Of a DNA stretch of 64,000 bases, positions 22,282-38,454 are shown in pieces. The DNA is from Prochlorococcus sp. scB243_495D8. Its GTDB lineage: Bacteria > Cyanobacteriota > Cyanobacteriia > PCC-6307 > Cyanobiaceae. The position numbers and the translations under genes are program-made. Each line of letters starts with the position of its first letter. Positions within the stretch are counted from its first letter, which is position 1. The notes under the pieces are model-generated. The model ran no database searches. It worked only from the letters and a program-made list of their open reading frames with translations, and was not told where the DNA came from. The stretch spans positions 148,858-212,857 of the forward strand of contig JFLT01000015.1 in NCBI GenBank assembly GCA_000634195.1, given 5' to 3'.

Positions 22282-22944
22282 TTAATTTTTATTTTCGATT
22301 ATGTGTGGTTTGATGATTATTGTTTGTTTATCTATTACTGCAATTTCTGGATAGCAATTTTTGGGCTTTTCCTTTGGTCCAATTGCTATTACATCTGCAA
22401 TTCTTAACTGTAAAGGGTTTAAATAAAGTGATGCAATAGAGGCATTTTTATTTCCACTTTTCCCTGCGAATGCGATCCCTAGTAATTTGCCCCAAACGTA
22501 AATATTTTTCTTAGCGGAAACTATTGCTCCTGGATTAACGTCTCCAATAATACATAGGTTTCCATTTGAAGATATTCTTTCACCAGATCGTATTGTTCCT
22601 TTGTGAAGAATATCGTCTTTCTTTTTTGAATTGAATAATAGTAACTGATTTTTAAGCTCTCGCTCTCTTATATATGTTGAATCTATTTTTAAGGACTTAC
22701 CACTTATTATTGTATCTCTATTATTTGAGTAAATGTATAAGGAACAAATATTAATTTTGTCAAAATGATTTTTTAATTTTAATAGTTGATGAGAACTTAT
22801 TGACTCATTGACTGCGAAAATTTTTGCTTCTAAAGGTTCCTTGATGGATGAAAATCTTTTGAAAGTTTCATGAAGATTATCTAAAACTAACAAAGAAAAA
22901 ATTTCTAAATATTTACTTTTACTGTTTTTTAAAACGATTTCCAC
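22282..22944 (-). CDS. minC: Septum site-determining protein MinC
   Basis: RSG, GDVNPGA, I.VWG.L.G..FAG, P.QLRIA beta-helix motifs. Confidence 0.92.
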   Translation of the reverse strand: MEIVLKNSKSKYLEIFSLLVLDNLHETFKRFSSIKEPLEAKIFAVNESISSHQLLKLKNHFDKINICSLYIYSNNRDTIISGKSLKIDSTYIRERELKNQLLLFNSKKKDDILHKGTIRSGERISSNGNLCIIGDVNPGAIVSAKKNIYVWGKLLGIAFAGKSGNKNASIASLYLNPLQLRIADVIAIGPKEKPKNCYPEIAVIDKQTIIIKPHIIENKN

Positions 22945-22954
22945 TGAATTAAAT

Positions 22955-24211
22955 CTAGGAATTGTTTTTTATTAATGAAATTTCATTTTTAATTTCATTT
23001 TTTATCATATCTGGATAAATAATAAAAGAGCTTTCATCGGATCTCATTAAAGTTTTTATTAATGCGGAATTATTTTCTAATGCGCTTTGATAAGTGCCAT
23101 CCCATATTTTTAGAGCATTATTAGATTCAAAACCTTTGAAAGACCTTTCCCTAATCCCACAAAATATTTCCGAATCGTAACCATTCTTTTCACATAATTT
23201 TGTGGCAAATGCAAGGATTTTTAATCTATTAATCTTACTTAAAAAACTTATGTCTGATGCCTTTAATAAATTCCTGTCAATAAACATTTTGCATAGTGTA
23301 GAAAGTGGTTCAAAAGATTCATCTTTCCATCTAATCAAATGATAATAAAAGGTTATATCATCATTTTTTATAAAATCATCAAAATCAACCTTTGATGGTG
23401 AAAAAATCAATTTATGTAGAGAATTATCTAACCAAATATTCTTTTCATAATTATGTTTTATTGTGTGTATTATTTTTACCAGAATCCATGTTGATATTTC
23501 GTTTATCTTGTGATTGTAGATTGTTCTATACATCAAGTTTCTAAGTACAAGGAAATGCTCAATAGCGATCACTCCTTTTGGTTTGATTCCGATATTTCCA
23601 TCAGGTAAAAAGGTAAGAGCTGAAATTATTCTCTCTAAATCTACTAAGCCATAATTAGTCCCTGTGTTGTAACTATCGCGTAAAAGATAATCAAGACGAT
23701 CGCAATCGATCTCGCTACTTATCAATGTTCTTAGAGGTTTTGAAAATAGTTGTTTTGATTGAAATAATTCACCAATTTTTCTGGGTAATTCGTTGTCATA
23801 CTTTTTGAGGATTGAATTTATTGGAGAATAATTTGTCACTAAGTTTTCAGACCATTTTTCGTGATCATGCATGAATATTGTTTCACTTGTATGGCTTAAA
23901 GGTCCATGACCTAAGTCATGAAGTAAAGCTGCTCCATAAAGAACAAATTTATTTTCACTAAAAGAAGATTTACTTTCAATTAATCTCTTATAAATTTTTC
24001 TAGCTATACAAAAAACACCAATTGAGTGAGTAAATCTACTCGATTCTGCACCATGAAAAAGTAATGATGCCGCTCCAAGTTGTTTTATTCTTCTTAGTCT
24101 TTGGAAAGCTACTGTATCAATTAATTCCATGATCATTAATTCTTCTGGCTTACCTGCATCAAACACTATTCCTTTATGAATTGGGTCATGAAAAATTCTT
24201 TGAATACTCAT
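22955..24211 (-). CDS. HD-domain phosphohydrolase (dNTPase-like)
   Basis: DPIH, FQRLRRIKQLG, RFTHSIG, LLHDLGHGPLSH, DCDRLDYL.RD. Confidence 0.9.
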   Translation of the reverse strand: MSIQRIFHDPIHKGIVFDAGKPEELMIMELIDTVAFQRLRRIKQLGAASLLFHGAESSRFTHSIGVFCIARKIYKRLIESKSSFSENKFVLYGAALLHDLGHGPLSHTSETIFMHDHEKWSENLVTNYSPINSILKKYDNELPRKIGELFQSKQLFSKPLRTLISSEIDCDRLDYLLRDSYNTGTNYGLVDLERIISALTFLPDGNIGIKPKGVIAIEHFLVLRNLMYRTIYNHKINEISTWILVKIIHTIKHNYEKNIWLDNSLHKLIFSPSKVDFDDFIKNDDITFYYHLIRWKDESFEPLSTLCKMFIDRNLLKASDISFLSKINRLKILAFATKLCEKNGYDSEIFCGIRERSFKGFESNNALKIWDGTYQSALENNSALIKTLMRSDESSFIIYPDMIKNEIKNEISLIKNNS

Positions 24212-24237
24212 ATTTTTAAGATTTTTATTTTCAATCT

Positions 24238-25554
24238 TTAGCCATTTAAAGATTTAATTTCTTCATTGTTTAATTCAATTGTTTGAACTGGAACTTCTTC
24301 TTTTTCTAGAAGCGACCCTACAAATAATTCCGCATTCCTCACCCATTTATCGTCAGTACTTCCAAATTCACTTGTATCCGGTAGATCAAGTAATTTGTCA
24401 GGTGTTATACCTTGGCCTTGAATATTATTACCATCTGGTGTCAAGTAACTAGCCACTGTTATAGCAATACCACTATCTTCTCCTAAACTTTTTAGGGATT
24501 GAATTAAACCTTTACCATAAGTTTGTTCTCCCATAAGAATTGACCTCTCATTATCTTGTAAAGAACCAGCAAGTATTTCACTGGCACTTGCAGTGCCTTT
24601 ATTTACTAAAGTCACCATTGGGCCATCAAAAGATGTCTCTTTTTGAGAAATAATTGCATCTTTGATTCCATTTCTATCTTTTGTCTCGACTACGGGTTTC
24701 TCACTCAATAATGAGTCTGCAACTGCAATACCTGAGCTTACTAGTCCCCCTGAATTATTTCTAAGATCCAAGATTAAGCCCTCAACCTCTTTCTCTTTTA
24801 ACTCTTGAAGAGCCTCTTCAACTTTTTTGGGTACGCTTTCGCTAAATTGAGTTATCCTTAAATATCCTATTGTGTGAGAATCGTCTCTTAATCTTTTTGT
24901 CCTAACTGGTCTGAGATCCACTGATCTCCTCTCTAAATCGACTTCCCTAATTTCTCCTGATTCCGTAGATAATTCAACTAGAACTTTTGTCCCTGATTCA
25001 CCTCTTAACTTAGAGGCGGTACTTGCAAGCCCTAATTTTTCTGATGAGATTCCATCCACTGTCTCGATGATGTCCCCGCTTACTATCCCAGCTTCTTCAG
25101 CTGGCGACCCCCCAAGAGTAGAAATTACTTTAACTTTATTGTTATCGTCTTCACCTAATTGAAGCCCAACACCATTAATTTCACTCCCAAAATTACTTGA
25201 TTTCAGTAGCTCATAATCTTTGGGGCGTAAAACTCTCGTGTAGGGATCGTCTAGAGGCCTTAACATGTCTTCAATTGCGGAATAAGCCTCTTCACTTGTT
25301 TCAATTTGTTTCTGTAACGTTTTTTGTCTAATTCTTTTCCATTGGATTTCATCAAACTTTTCTGGATCATAAAAACCTTCGTTTACCAAGGTCCAGGCAT
25401 CAAGTACTAATTGCCTGCTATCACTGAGAGCATCCACTCTTTCAATCAACAAAAGATTGATAGAAAAAACGATGATCATTGATGCAGTGATCAAAGTTTT
25501 GAATGTTAAAAGTTTGTTAAAAGATGAATTCATTGGGTTAAGCGTTAACACCAA
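24238..25554 (-). CDS. ctpA: C-terminal processing protease (S41A), D1-processing type
   Basis: PDZ domain (GVGL), [21 protein letters not shown]; start may be the downstream ATG. Confidence 0.88.
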   Translation of the reverse strand: MVLTLNPMNSSFNKLLTFKTLITASMIIVFSINLLLIERVDALSDSRQLVLDAWTLVNEGFYDPEKFDEIQWKRIRQKTLQKQIETSEEAYSAIEDMLRPLDDPYTRVLRPKDYELLKSSNFGSEINGVGLQLGEDDNNKVKVISTLGGSPAEEAGIVSGDIIETVDGISSEKLGLASTASKLRGESGTKVLVELSTESGEIREVDLERRSVDLRPVRTKRLRDDSHTIGYLRITQFSESVPKKVEEALQELKEKEVEGLILDLRNNSGGLVSSGIAVADSLLSEKPVVETKDRNGIKDAIISQKETSFDGPMVTLVNKGTASASEILAGSLQDNERSILMGEQTYGKGLIQSLKSLGEDSGIAITVASYLTPDGNNIQGQGITPDKLLDLPDTSEFGSTDDKWVRNAELFVGSLLEKEEVPVQTIELNNEEIKSLNG

Positions 25555-25604
25555 GTATAAGAATTTTAAGTAAGCTCTTTATATCAAAGCTAATTTTTTT
25601 TTGG

Positions 25605-26261
25605 ATGGCGAATTCTTCATCTGTTTATGACTGGTTTCAAGAAAGACTTGAAATCCAAGACATAACTGACGACGTAACTTCCAAGTACGTACCCCCTCAC
25701 GTAAATATTTTTTATTGTTTAGGAGGCATAACCTTAGTATGCTTCCTAATTCAATTTGCAACAGGTTTTGCAATGACTTTTTACTATAAGCCAACAGTTA
25801 CACAAGCTTATAGTTCAGTCAGTTATTTAATGACCGATGTAAGTTTTGGATGGTTAATAAGATCTGTGCATAGATGGAGTGCATCAATGATGGTATTGAT
25901 GTTAATCCTTCATGTCTTTAGGGTTTATCTTACTGGCGGTTTTAAAAGGCCAAGAGAATTAACTTGGGTTACAGGTGTTGTAATGGCAGTTATAACCGTC
26001 GCTTTTGGAGTGACTGGATACTCCCTACCTTGGGATCAGGTTGGTTATTGGGCAGTTAAGATTGTTTCAGGTGTTCCTGCTGCAATACCAGTTATAGGTG
26101 ACTTTATGGTTGAACTACTTAGAGGTGGAGAAAGTGTTGGTCAATCCACCTTAACCAGATTTTATAGTCTTCACACTTTTGTATTGCCATGGTCATTAGC
26201 AGTCTTCATGTTGATGCACTTTTTAATGATTCGTAAACAGGGTATTTCAGGTCCTTTATAA
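25605..26261 (+). CDS. petB: Cytochrome b6
   Basis: [33 protein letters not shown]. Confidence 0.99.
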   Translation: MANSSSVYDWFQERLEIQDITDDVTSKYVPPHVNIFYCLGGITLVCFLIQFATGFAMTFYYKPTVTQAYSSVSYLMTDVSFGWLIRSVHRWSASMMVLMLILHVFRVYLTGGFKRPRELTWVTGVVMAVITVAFGVTGYSLPWDQVGYWAVKIVSGVPAAIPVIGDFMVELLRGGESVGQSTLTRFYSLHTFVLPWSLAVFMLMHFLMIRKQGISGPL

Positions 26262-26294
26262 ACTCTTATACTTAAACCATTATTAGTTCTCCAT

Positions 26295-26777
26295 ATGTCT
26301 ACTTTAAAAAAACCAGATCTAACTGATCCTAAATTGAGAGCAAAGTTAGCTAAAGGTATGGGCCATAACTATTATGGTGAACCAGCTTGGCCAAATGATT
26401 TACTATATATTTTCCCGGTAGTCATCTTAGGAACTATTGCTTGTGTAGTTGGATTAGCAGTTCTTGACCCTGCAATGTTGGGAGACAAAGCTAATCCCTT
26501 CGCAACACCTCTTGAAATACTTCCTGAATGGTACCTTTACCCAGTTTTTCAAATACTTAGAGTTGTTCCTAATAAACTTTTGGGTATTGCACTTCAAACA
26601 TTAATACCACTTGGGTTAATGATTTTACCCTTTATCGAAAACGTAAATAAATTTTCTAACCCATTTAGAAGACCAATAGCAATGTCTGTTTTCTTATTCG
26701 GAACTTTTCTAACAATATACCTAGGTATTGGGGCATGTTTGCCAATTGATAAATCACTAACCCTAGGACTATTTTAG
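26295..26777 (+). CDS. petD: Cytochrome b6/f subunit IV
   Basis: [22 protein letters not shown]. Confidence 0.99.
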   Translation: MSTLKKPDLTDPKLRAKLAKGMGHNYYGEPAWPNDLLYIFPVVILGTIACVVGLAVLDPAMLGDKANPFATPLEILPEWYLYPVFQILRVVPNKLLGIALQTLIPLGLMILPFIENVNKFSNPFRRPIAMSVFLFGTFLTIYLGIGACLPIDKSLTLGLF

Positions 26778-26779
26778 AC

Positions 26780-28219
26780 TCAAATTTTAAACATATCTAG
26801 ATCGTTATACTCATTCCTTAAAAAATGATTCATTAATAAAAATCCAACAATTGTCCATGTTTGATATGTTCTTGATTGTTGTCCAACCCAAGTACCTGTA
26901 GGACCATCAAAATATTCTGCCCATTCTTGCTTAGGCAATTGATTAAGTTGACACCAATATGATTCCTCTATTAGAGATTTCATTTCTTCCATGAGGATCA
27001 CATCGTCTGATCCATAATGTTTTTGATGTAATAGGACAGCTGTACCAAAAAACCAAAGTAAGCTTGGCCAATGACCCCCGTTATGGTAACTCCAAGGCCA
27101 ATTCTTTGGATCGGATCCAGTTTTATTTTGCCATTCCTCGACATCCATATGAGGATGACAAATTCTCATAGGCATTTGAGCCATCAAATGCTGTCTATTA
27201 TGTAAAACTAATCTAAATAAAGCTCTTTGTTCTTCAGGAGGCAGAACGCCGAACATACATGCCAGAGAATTACCTAAACTGTAAAATCGAAAGTCAGGCC
27301 TTCCTGTCCTAATATTTCCTATTAAGTAACCACCTCTATTCTCTAACCAATCTTGAAGCCATGATGGAACTACTTGGGGTTGAACGTTAAATTCATTGAA
27401 GTGTTGATCATCACCATACTGCTCAGTTGGCCTTCTTCTTAAAATTTGCATTGTTTGGCTGGTAACCCAATAATGCTTTAAAAGAAAACTTCCTAAATCT
27501 TTAACCCATTGATTTGTAAGAATAAGTCTTTGGTCTAAAAGTCTACTAACATGATCTGCTCTACTTAATTCCATTAAGTTAATGCAACTTTTTAAACATC
27601 CATGAAGTAAAACTTCAACTTCTAGTGGTGCTCCCCATACATCCATAGGTCTATCAATCATAAATGCGCAATCTGGAACAAAAAGTACTGGAGTTCCCTC
27701 AAATGTTGGATGTAGAACTAGATCTAGTAGAAGTTGAATACCTCTTTGAACGCTTTGACTTTTCCCAAAGGCATAATCACCGCTTTTATTGACATAATAC
27801 CAACATAAAATGGGCCACCATAAACTTGCATCAGCTGAAGTAATCCTCCCTATTGATCTCTGACCATAATCTCCAATGAGCTGTCCATTTTCTTCAACAA
27901 AACTAGTAGGAAATACACCACGAGTCTGGTAATTAGAGCTTTGTAGCTCAAGGCATACACTTAGGAATTTTTTGACAATTTCGTAACGTTTTTGGGTAAT
28001 GAGGTAAATCATTACAGGAACATTGTCTCTTAAAAATATTTCTCCATAATTTAATTTTTTATTTTTTGTTGGGTGTTCTAGTGCAGCGACGCTTCCCACT
28101 AACTCGCCTGATATCTCAACTAAAGTCTTCTCGAAGTGTTTTTTTGCATTTGTTACAATTTTCTCCTCATCAGAACTTGGTCTTACTCTTAAATTTTTTT
28201 GACTAAATCTTTCTGCCAT
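26780..28219 (-). CDS. Alkaline/neutral invertase (GH100)
   Basis: LNY..IF.RD, DYGQRSIGR, D.SLWW, MIDR.M, WSYHNGGHWP, W.EYFDG, QTWTI motifs. Confidence 0.93.
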   Translation of the reverse strand: MAERFSQKNLRVRPSSDEEKIVTNAKKHFEKTLVEISGELVGSVAALEHPTKNKKLNYGEIFLRDNVPVMIYLITQKRYEIVKKFLSVCLELQSSNYQTRGVFPTSFVEENGQLIGDYGQRSIGRITSADASLWWPILCWYYVNKSGDYAFGKSQSVQRGIQLLLDLVLHPTFEGTPVLFVPDCAFMIDRPMDVWGAPLEVEVLLHGCLKSCINLMELSRADHVSRLLDQRLILTNQWVKDLGSFLLKHYWVTSQTMQILRRRPTEQYGDDQHFNEFNVQPQVVPSWLQDWLENRGGYLIGNIRTGRPDFRFYSLGNSLACMFGVLPPEEQRALFRLVLHNRQHLMAQMPMRICHPHMDVEEWQNKTGSDPKNWPWSYHNGGHWPSLLWFFGTAVLLHQKHYGSDDVILMEEMKSLIEESYWCQLNQLPKQEWAEYFDGPTGTWVGQQSRTYQTWTIVGFLLMNHFLRNEYNDLDMFKI

Positions 28220-28305
28220 TTCATTTATATCCCTTTATTTAAGCCTAGTTGTTTAATGAGACTTTGATCAAATAAAAAATTAATAAAAAATTTTTGTATA
28301 AAAGG

Positions 28306-28335
28306 TTGCACAATTACAGTCGGATGGTTTAGTAT
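28306..28335 (+). promoter_or_regulatory. Candidate rRNA operon promoter
   Basis: TTGCAC-N18-TAGTAT upstream of the rrn leader. Confidence 0.4.
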
Positions 28336-28502
28336 TTTCTTCTGGGCAGAAATATACTTTTTTGCATTATTCAGGAAATTATCTTAAATCTAATTTTTGG
28401 TAAATGAATGAATTTTTTGGAGATTTGATTTCGATCATTATTTCCAGCCAGAAGAGGGTTTTTACCTTCGAAATGAGTTGATCACTTGTTGTTTAACTCT
28501 GC

Positions 28503-28528
28503 ACCTAGAAAATTTAAAAACTTAGGAA
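28503..28528 (+). other. 5' strand of the 16S processing stem (rrn leader)
   Basis: ACCTAGAAAA and AAACTTAGGAA are complementary to TTCCTAAGTTTTTCTAGGT at 30392-30410 in the ITS. Confidence 0.7.
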
Positions 28529-28821
28529 CTGATGCTTTTATTGCGTCAAGATCAATTAAATTTTTTTAGTTGTTTCGAGATGTACATGCAATAAAGGTGT
28601 GAGGTCCCGTCAAAAATATATAAAAATGTCATCAATTGCTAACTTTTAGCTTTGATGCAAACGGATCTGAGATCTTGGAAAGTCACTTTAAAATATTTTT
28701 AATGTGCACTCAATGTAATCCTTAAAATTTAAGGAGGCTGAAACTAAATTCAAAAACTGAAGTTTTTATTTGGATAAAGCAATTCAATTTGAGTAGATTT
28801 ATCTACAAAAGGATTTGAACA

Positions 28822-30305
<1,484 letters not shown>

Positions 30306-30429
30306 CAGGGAGACAACAAAATGTTTAATATTATTATTTTGTCACCTTAGGTCGATCGGTATCTCACATTCTTATTTGTTAAGAATTTCATTTCCTAAGT
30401 TTTTCTAGGTCACACCCATTATTTTTCCT

Positions 30430-30503
<74 letters not shown>

Positions 30504-30515
30504 TATCTCTATGTT

Positions 30516-30588
30516 GGGGGTATAGCTCAGTTGGTAGAGCGCCTGCTTTGCAAGCAGGATGTCAGCGGTTCGAGTCCGCTTACCTCCA
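30516..30588 (+). tRNA. tRNA-Ala(TGC) in ITS
   Basis: GGGGGTATAGCTCAGTTGGTAGAGCGCCTGCTT-TGC-AAGCAGG...TACCTCCA. Confidence 0.98.
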
Positions 30589-30720
30589 CTGATTACCACC
30601 TCTTCCATAACCGGTAGAAAGGAAATGTTTTGAGTTGTGATCATTATTCTGAACGAATCTAGCTTCCTAATGAAATCATTAAGATGCTGGACTCATTGAA
30701 TTAATTTCATTGTTTTCAGA

Positions 30721-30740
30721 GAACCTTGACAACTGCATAG
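30721..30740 (+). other. ITS boxA / 5' strand of the 23S processing stem
   Basis: GAACCTTGACAACTGCATAG pairs with CTATGCAGTTCTCAAGGTTC at 33759-33778. Confidence 0.8.
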
Positions 30741-30846
30741 ATTATTTTTAAAGACAATAAGCATCTTTAATGATGCAGATTTATTATTTGTGCGAATGCA
30801 TTAATAACAATTCTATTAAGCTGATGCTTCAATTTTTGAAGTTATT

Positions 30847-33721
<2,875 letters not shown>

Positions 33722-33784
33722 AATAAACTTAATTTATTGTTTTTAAATATATAATTTTCTATGCAGTTCTCAAGGTTCACACTA

Positions 33785-33901
33785 TCCTGGTGTTCATGGC
33801 GATGTGGAACCACTCCGATCCATCTCGAACTCGGTTGTGAAACGCATCAGCGGCGAAAATATTTAGGGGGTAGCCCCTTGAGAAAATAGCTCAATGCCAG
33901 G
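33785..33901 (+). rRNA. rrf: 5S ribosomal RNA
   Basis: TCCTGGTG...CCATCTCGAACTCGG..GTGAAAC...TGCCAGG. Confidence 0.97.
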
Positions 33902-33911
33902 TAAAATATTT

Positions 33912-33946
33912 AAAAGGGGTTACTCATGAAGAGTAACCCCTTTTTT
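33912..33946. terminator. Bidirectional terminator between the rrn operon and mutM
   Basis: AAAAGGGGTTACTC-ATGAA-GAGTAACCCCTTTTTT. Confidence 0.9.
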
Positions 33947-34823
33947 ATATTTGGCATTTAGGACACCAATGTGTACTTCTCCCAGTAATTTTTTGTCTTT
34001 CAATTAAATTTCCACACTTACGACATTCTTTTCCAGTTCTCCTATATACATTTGTCTGTAAACCAAAATTTCCATTCTCTCCTTCCAAGTCCCTAAAGTC
34101 ACTAAATGTAGTCCCCCCAGAACCAATACTTTTTTTTAATACAGTTACAATAGATTCTTTTAGCTTGATTAATTCATTTTTCTTTATTGTTCGAGCTTCT
34201 CTAAAAGGTGAGATGCCAGCAGAGTATAAACTTTCATCAGCATAAATATTACCTATACCTGCCACTATTGTTTGATCTAATAAAATAGCTTTTATAGATT
34301 TTGATCTTTTTGAAATAACTTTCTTAAGATAATTTGCATCAAAGTCTTTAGAAAATGGTTCTGGTCCTAATGAACCTAATCCTTTAATTATTTTGTTAGG
34401 CGATAGACCTTTATTAATCCACCACATTTGCCCAAAACTTCTTACGTCAATATACCTAAGCTCATTATTATTTTTATCGAAAAATCTTATTCTTGTATGT
34501 TTACAAGGATGACTTGAGTTTTCAATAAATTTAAAATATCCAGTCATTCTTAGATGAACTACAAGAAATCCGTTATTTTTTGAATTTTCTACAAGAAATT
34601 GGGCATTCTCATTTTGAACTTCTTTTAATTGAGCTATTAAATATTTTCCTCTTCTATCCCATTTATAAATAAGTGAGTTCAGAAGTCCTTTAATGAATTC
34701 TTCTTTGTTGATTGGGAATGCAACAGTTGAATCCCTACAGACTTCTACTTTTTTAATAATAAAGTTATTAAGTTTTTGCTCTAAACCTCTGCGAACTGTC
34801 TCTACTTCTGGTAATTCAGGCAA
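33945..34823 (-). CDS. mutM: Formamidopyrimidine-DNA glycosylase
   Basis: [30 protein letters not shown]-terminal zinc finger. Confidence 0.97.
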   Translation of the reverse strand: MPELPEVETVRRGLEQKLNNFIIKKVEVCRDSTVAFPINKEEFIKGLLNSLIYKWDRRGKYLIAQLKEVQNENAQFLVENSKNNGFLVVHLRMTGYFKFIENSSHPCKHTRIRFFDKNNNELRYIDVRSFGQMWWINKGLSPNKIIKGLGSLGPEPFSKDFDANYLKKVISKRSKSIKAILLDQTIVAGIGNIYADESLYSAGISPFREARTIKKNELIKLKESIVTVLKKSIGSGGTTFSDFRDLEGENGNFGLQTNVYRRTGKECRKCGNLIERQKITGRSTHWCPKCQI

Positions 34824-34827
34824 TTAT

Positions 34828-35037
34828 TTAAGCTTTCTCTAATTCACTTTCAGCGAAATTATTTGTATTTGCTCCACCATCAGTTCCGCTTATACCAGAG
34901 TAATTTACTTTTTCGAATCTGACTACACAGTTATATTTAATGCCTGAGGTATCAACTGAAGCAACTTTACCAATTTCATTATACCAATATGATTCTGGTC
35001 TTTTTACTCTTACGAGATCTCCTCTTGAAATAGCCAT
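34828..35037 (-). CDS. psaE: Photosystem I subunit IV
   Basis: [26 protein letters not shown]. Confidence 0.97.
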   Translation of the reverse strand: MAISRGDLVRVKRPESYWYNEIGKVASVDTSGIKYNCVVRFEKVNYSGISGTDGGANTNNFAESELEKA

Positions 35038-35116
35038 TACTATTAATTTAACTTTTTGTAGAATAACTCATCATTAATATTCTTAGACAAATTATTCACA
35101 CATATTAATTAAAGTT

Positions 35117-35887
35117 TTAACAAAAATCATTTATTAAATTATTTTCGAATTCTTCTTTAGCAGGCTTACTTCCCATCCATTTCCTGCCAGGTATTCTTAC
35201 ATCTAATTCATTTTTATCACAATTAATTGAAATAATCAGTTTTTTATTTTCTTGATTTAGAACGTTTAAAACTTTTCTACCTTTAATATCTTTATATGTT
35301 TTACTTTGGATAATTATAGGACCATAAATTTTTTTATCTAACTCAATTAAGTCATTATTTTTTTTATTTTCAGTTGTTTCATATTTTTCTGAATTAATTA
35401 TGTTCTTTTTTCTTATTGTGAGCTTTTGACCAATTTTTATTGAATCAGCATTATTGATATTATTAATCTCTATCAGTTCTTTTACTTTTAAATTATATTT
35501 GTTTGATATTTCAGTAAGATTTTCACCAATTTGAACAATATGATAATTTTTAAATAAATCTGATTGTTTTGTAATATTTTCAGAAGATTCGGAGATAATA
35601 AGATTTTGACCAACAAAGATATAATTTTCATCTTTTAATTTATTCAATTTAATGATTAAATCTTTATTAATTGAATAGAATTTTGAAATACTTGATATTG
35701 TATCTCCACTTTTTACAATATGAATTTTTTTTATTTCAGTTTTTTCTTCAGTAATTGATTCTTTTCTAGCAATATTCTCAATTGTGTTTTTTGATGAAAA
35801 TATTTTTTCTTCTGATTTTATCAATGAGTGATTAAAAAAATTAATAAATATGGCAATTACTAAAAATGCAAATTTCATAAAACTCAC
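35117..35887 (-). CDS. LysM peptidoglycan-binding protein (two LysM repeats)
   Basis: HIVKSGDTISSIS...IFVGQNLII and HIVQIGENLTEIS...IKIGQKLTI; signal peptide. Confidence 0.88.
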   Translation of the reverse strand: MSFMKFAFLVIAIFINFFNHSLIKSEEKIFSSKNTIENIARKESITEEKTEIKKIHIVKSGDTISSISKFYSINKDLIIKLNKLKDENYIFVGQNLIISESSENITKQSDLFKNYHIVQIGENLTEISNKYNLKVKELIEINNINNADSIKIGQKLTIRKKNIINSEKYETTENKKNNDLIELDKKIYGPIIIQSKTYKDIKGRKVLNVLNQENKKLIISINCDKNELDVRIPGRKWMGSKPAKEEFENNLINDFC

Positions 35888-35950
35888 TATTTATTTAAAG
35901 ATAATCTTTAAATTTAAAATCGCTAGGTTTTTGAAAACAATTTAAGTAAT

Positions 35951-37342
35951 TTAAACCTGAAAAATAAACTTTAAATATTTCTTTACTCTTTCATAGGGGG
36001 GATACCGCAGATTTGAATCAAATAAAAAACCTTTAAAAGTAATAGATTTTTGATTTGAAAAATTTCGAAAACCTTCTTCTCCATGAAATTTACCAATACC
36101 ACTTTGCCCAACGCCTCCAAAGGGTAAATTTGGAATAAGGACTGGCAACATCACATCATTTATACAAATTGTTCCAGAGCTGGTTACTTTTGAAATATGA
36201 TTATGGATTTTTTTATTGCCTCCAAATAAGTAGATTGCTAAGGGTTTTGATGTTTGACTAATCTGTTTTAAAGCTGATTCTTTATCATTAATTCCAACTA
36301 CAGGAAGTAGTGAACTGAATAATTCTTTCTGCAAAATATCTGTTTCATTTAATTTAGCTCTCAAAATTGTAGGAGATATTTTCAACTTTTTTTTACTAAA
36401 AGTCCCCCCAAATAAAATTCTTTTTTCTTTTTCATATTGTTTGAGAATTTCTACCGTTGATGTAAATTGTTTTTTCTCCAATTTTGATAGGTTTTCGGAA
36501 ATAATTGGATTATCTCCGTAAAAACTTACTATGTATTTTTTTAATTTTTCTATAAAAATATTTTCAATTTTTTTATCTACAAAGATATGATTCGGAGCCA
36601 TGCAGGATTGACCAGAATTAAAAAATTTACCCCAAACAATTCTTTTTGCAGCCACTTCTAAATTTGCATTCTTGAAAACAATTACAGGATTTGTTCCGCT
36701 TAACTCAAGAGTTAATGGAGTTAAGTTTTTTGAAGCTAATTTCATTATAGATTTTCCAGTTTCAGTACTTCCTGTAAAAAAAATGTGGTCAAAACTTTGT
36801 TCAATTAATTTTATGGATTGTTTATTATCACCCTCTACTGTCATTAGGACATCTTTATGGAAATATTTGGAAGTAAGCTTTTTAATAAGTTTTGAGGTCG
36901 CAGGACATTTCTCTGATGGTTTTATAACTGCAGTATTTCCTGCTGAGAAAATATTTACCAATGGCTTTAAAATATAAAGTAATGGATAATTATAAGGACC
37001 AAGAATTAAGACACACCCAAGAGGTTCATAAATAACTTTGGAGGATGATGGAAAAAGATAAAAAGGTGTATCAATCTTTTTTGGTCGCATCCAAGAATTG
37101 AGTTTCTTTTTTATAAGTGAAATTTCTTCTTTCACTAAAAGTATTTCTGAAAGACCTTCAATTTCAGATTTACCGAGATCAACAAAAAGTGATTTAATTA
37201 TCTCTTTTTTATTTTCATCCAAAAGTTTAGAAACTATATTGATATGATGGATCCGCCATTTTATATCTTCAGTTTTACCAGTGAGAACTGTATTTTTTAA
37301 TTTATAGATGTCTTCTAAATGAAATTTATCAGAAATTTTCAT
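35951..37342 (-). CDS. NAD(P)-dependent aldehyde dehydrogenase (ALDH3-like)
   Basis: PYNYP, KPSE, FTGS, LELSG, NSGQSCMAP, PFGGVGQSG.G. Confidence 0.92.
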   Translation of the reverse strand: MKISDKFHLEDIYKLKNTVLTGKTEDIKWRIHHINIVSKLLDENKKEIIKSLFVDLGKSEIEGLSEILLVKEEISLIKKKLNSWMRPKKIDTPFYLFPSSSKVIYEPLGCVLILGPYNYPLLYILKPLVNIFSAGNTAVIKPSEKCPATSKLIKKLTSKYFHKDVLMTVEGDNKQSIKLIEQSFDHIFFTGSTETGKSIMKLASKNLTPLTLELSGTNPVIVFKNANLEVAAKRIVWGKFFNSGQSCMAPNHIFVDKKIENIFIEKLKKYIVSFYGDNPIISENLSKLEKKQFTSTVEILKQYEKEKRILFGGTFSKKKLKISPTILRAKLNETDILQKELFSSLLPVVGINDKESALKQISQTSKPLAIYLFGGNKKIHNHISKVTSSGTICINDVMLPVLIPNLPFGGVGQSGIGKFHGEEGFRNFSNQKSITFKGFLFDSNLRYPPYERVKKYLKFIFQV

Positions 37343-37498
37343 TTTTTACCTTTGAATAGTATTAAATATATCAGAGGATAAATTGTAAATAACTAAGTTT
37401 TTCAGGCAGTTCAATCAAAGCGAATGATTTATGAGAAATAATCAAATTTATTAATATTGCTATTAAAAATTCAAATTTTTCTTGGTTAGTATATTTCT

Positions 37499-38389
37499 AT
37501 GAGGGAAAATTTTTCAATTAGATTGATATCTATAAATGAAATACCAGAAGTCACAAATTGGGCAAGGTTAGAAGGATTTTCTCCTGGAATGGATGATTTA
37601 TCAATTTATAGAAATACAGATAAACAAGGGGTATGGGTAGCTTGTCTAGACAATAATCCTATAGGCTCTATTGCGTGTATAAAATATAATTCCTCTTATA
37701 GTTTTATAGGTTTATTTATCGTTAAAAAAGAATTCCGGAATAATGGATATGGAGTGAGATTATGGAAACATGCCCTCGAATATTTGAAAAATGTTGATTG
37801 TATTGGTCTTGAGGCTGCCCCAGATAGATTAAATGATTACGCAAAGTGGGGGTTTAGAAAATCTTCCATTACAAATCGATGGAAATTAAATGGTTTTCAA
37901 GATTTGCCATTGAGAAATTTCTATAATGATCAATTTCATTCTTTTAAAGTTGTCCCGGGTAATAAAATTTCTTCTGAAGCAGTCTTAATTTATGATGATC
38001 AAAGAGAACCTAGTCCCAGACCACATTTTCTAAATGACTGGTTGAAAAATTCTCATGGTAATGTCAGTGCAATTGTCGATAATAATGGGATGTGCCATGG
38101 ATTTGGCAGGATAAGACCTTGTGTATTGGAGGATAATGAGCAAGGCTGGAGAATTGGCCCTCTTTTAGCGGATACTCCACCACTTGCTGAATTATTAATA
38201 AGGGAGTTAGTTGGTGATTTAGATGCTCAAATCTTATTGGATTGTTCTAATCTGAATCCTTATGCAAATTATCTTTTATCAAGTTTGGGATTTGAGGAAA
38301 TATCAAAAACTTACAGAATGTATAAAGGTATTCAACCTCCCTGCCCTATGAATCAAGTATATGGCCTTGCATGCTTGGAACTGGGATGA
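37499..38389 (+). CDS. GNAT-family N-acetyltransferase (YitH-like, two domains)
   Basis: FIGLFIV..EFR..GYG acetyl-CoA motif, Y.KWGF, RIGPLLAD, ELG C-terminus. Confidence 0.85.
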   Translation: MRENFSIRLISINEIPEVTNWARLEGFSPGMDDLSIYRNTDKQGVWVACLDNNPIGSIACIKYNSSYSFIGLFIVKKEFRNNGYGVRLWKHALEYLKNVDCIGLEAAPDRLNDYAKWGFRKSSITNRWKLNGFQDLPLRNFYNDQFHSFKVVPGNKISSEAVLIYDDQREPSPRPHFLNDWLKNSHGNVSAIVDNNGMCHGFGRIRPCVLEDNEQGWRIGPLLADTPPLAELLIRELVGDLDAQILLDCSNLNPYANYLLSSLGFEEISKTYRMYKGIQPPCPMNQVYGLACLELG

Positions 38390-38454
38390 TTTCCTTTAAA
38401 CGTTCATTTCCCCTTTTGTTTCTGTAATACTGAAAGAAGTTTATTTGATTAAGA

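Noticed and set aside
3740..25794. Short antisense or off-frame track ORFs (3740, 6963, 8686, 10257, 16840, 18081, 21034, 21992, 25579)
   Set aside because: Lie wholly or almost wholly within well-supported core genes and show no recognisable motifs
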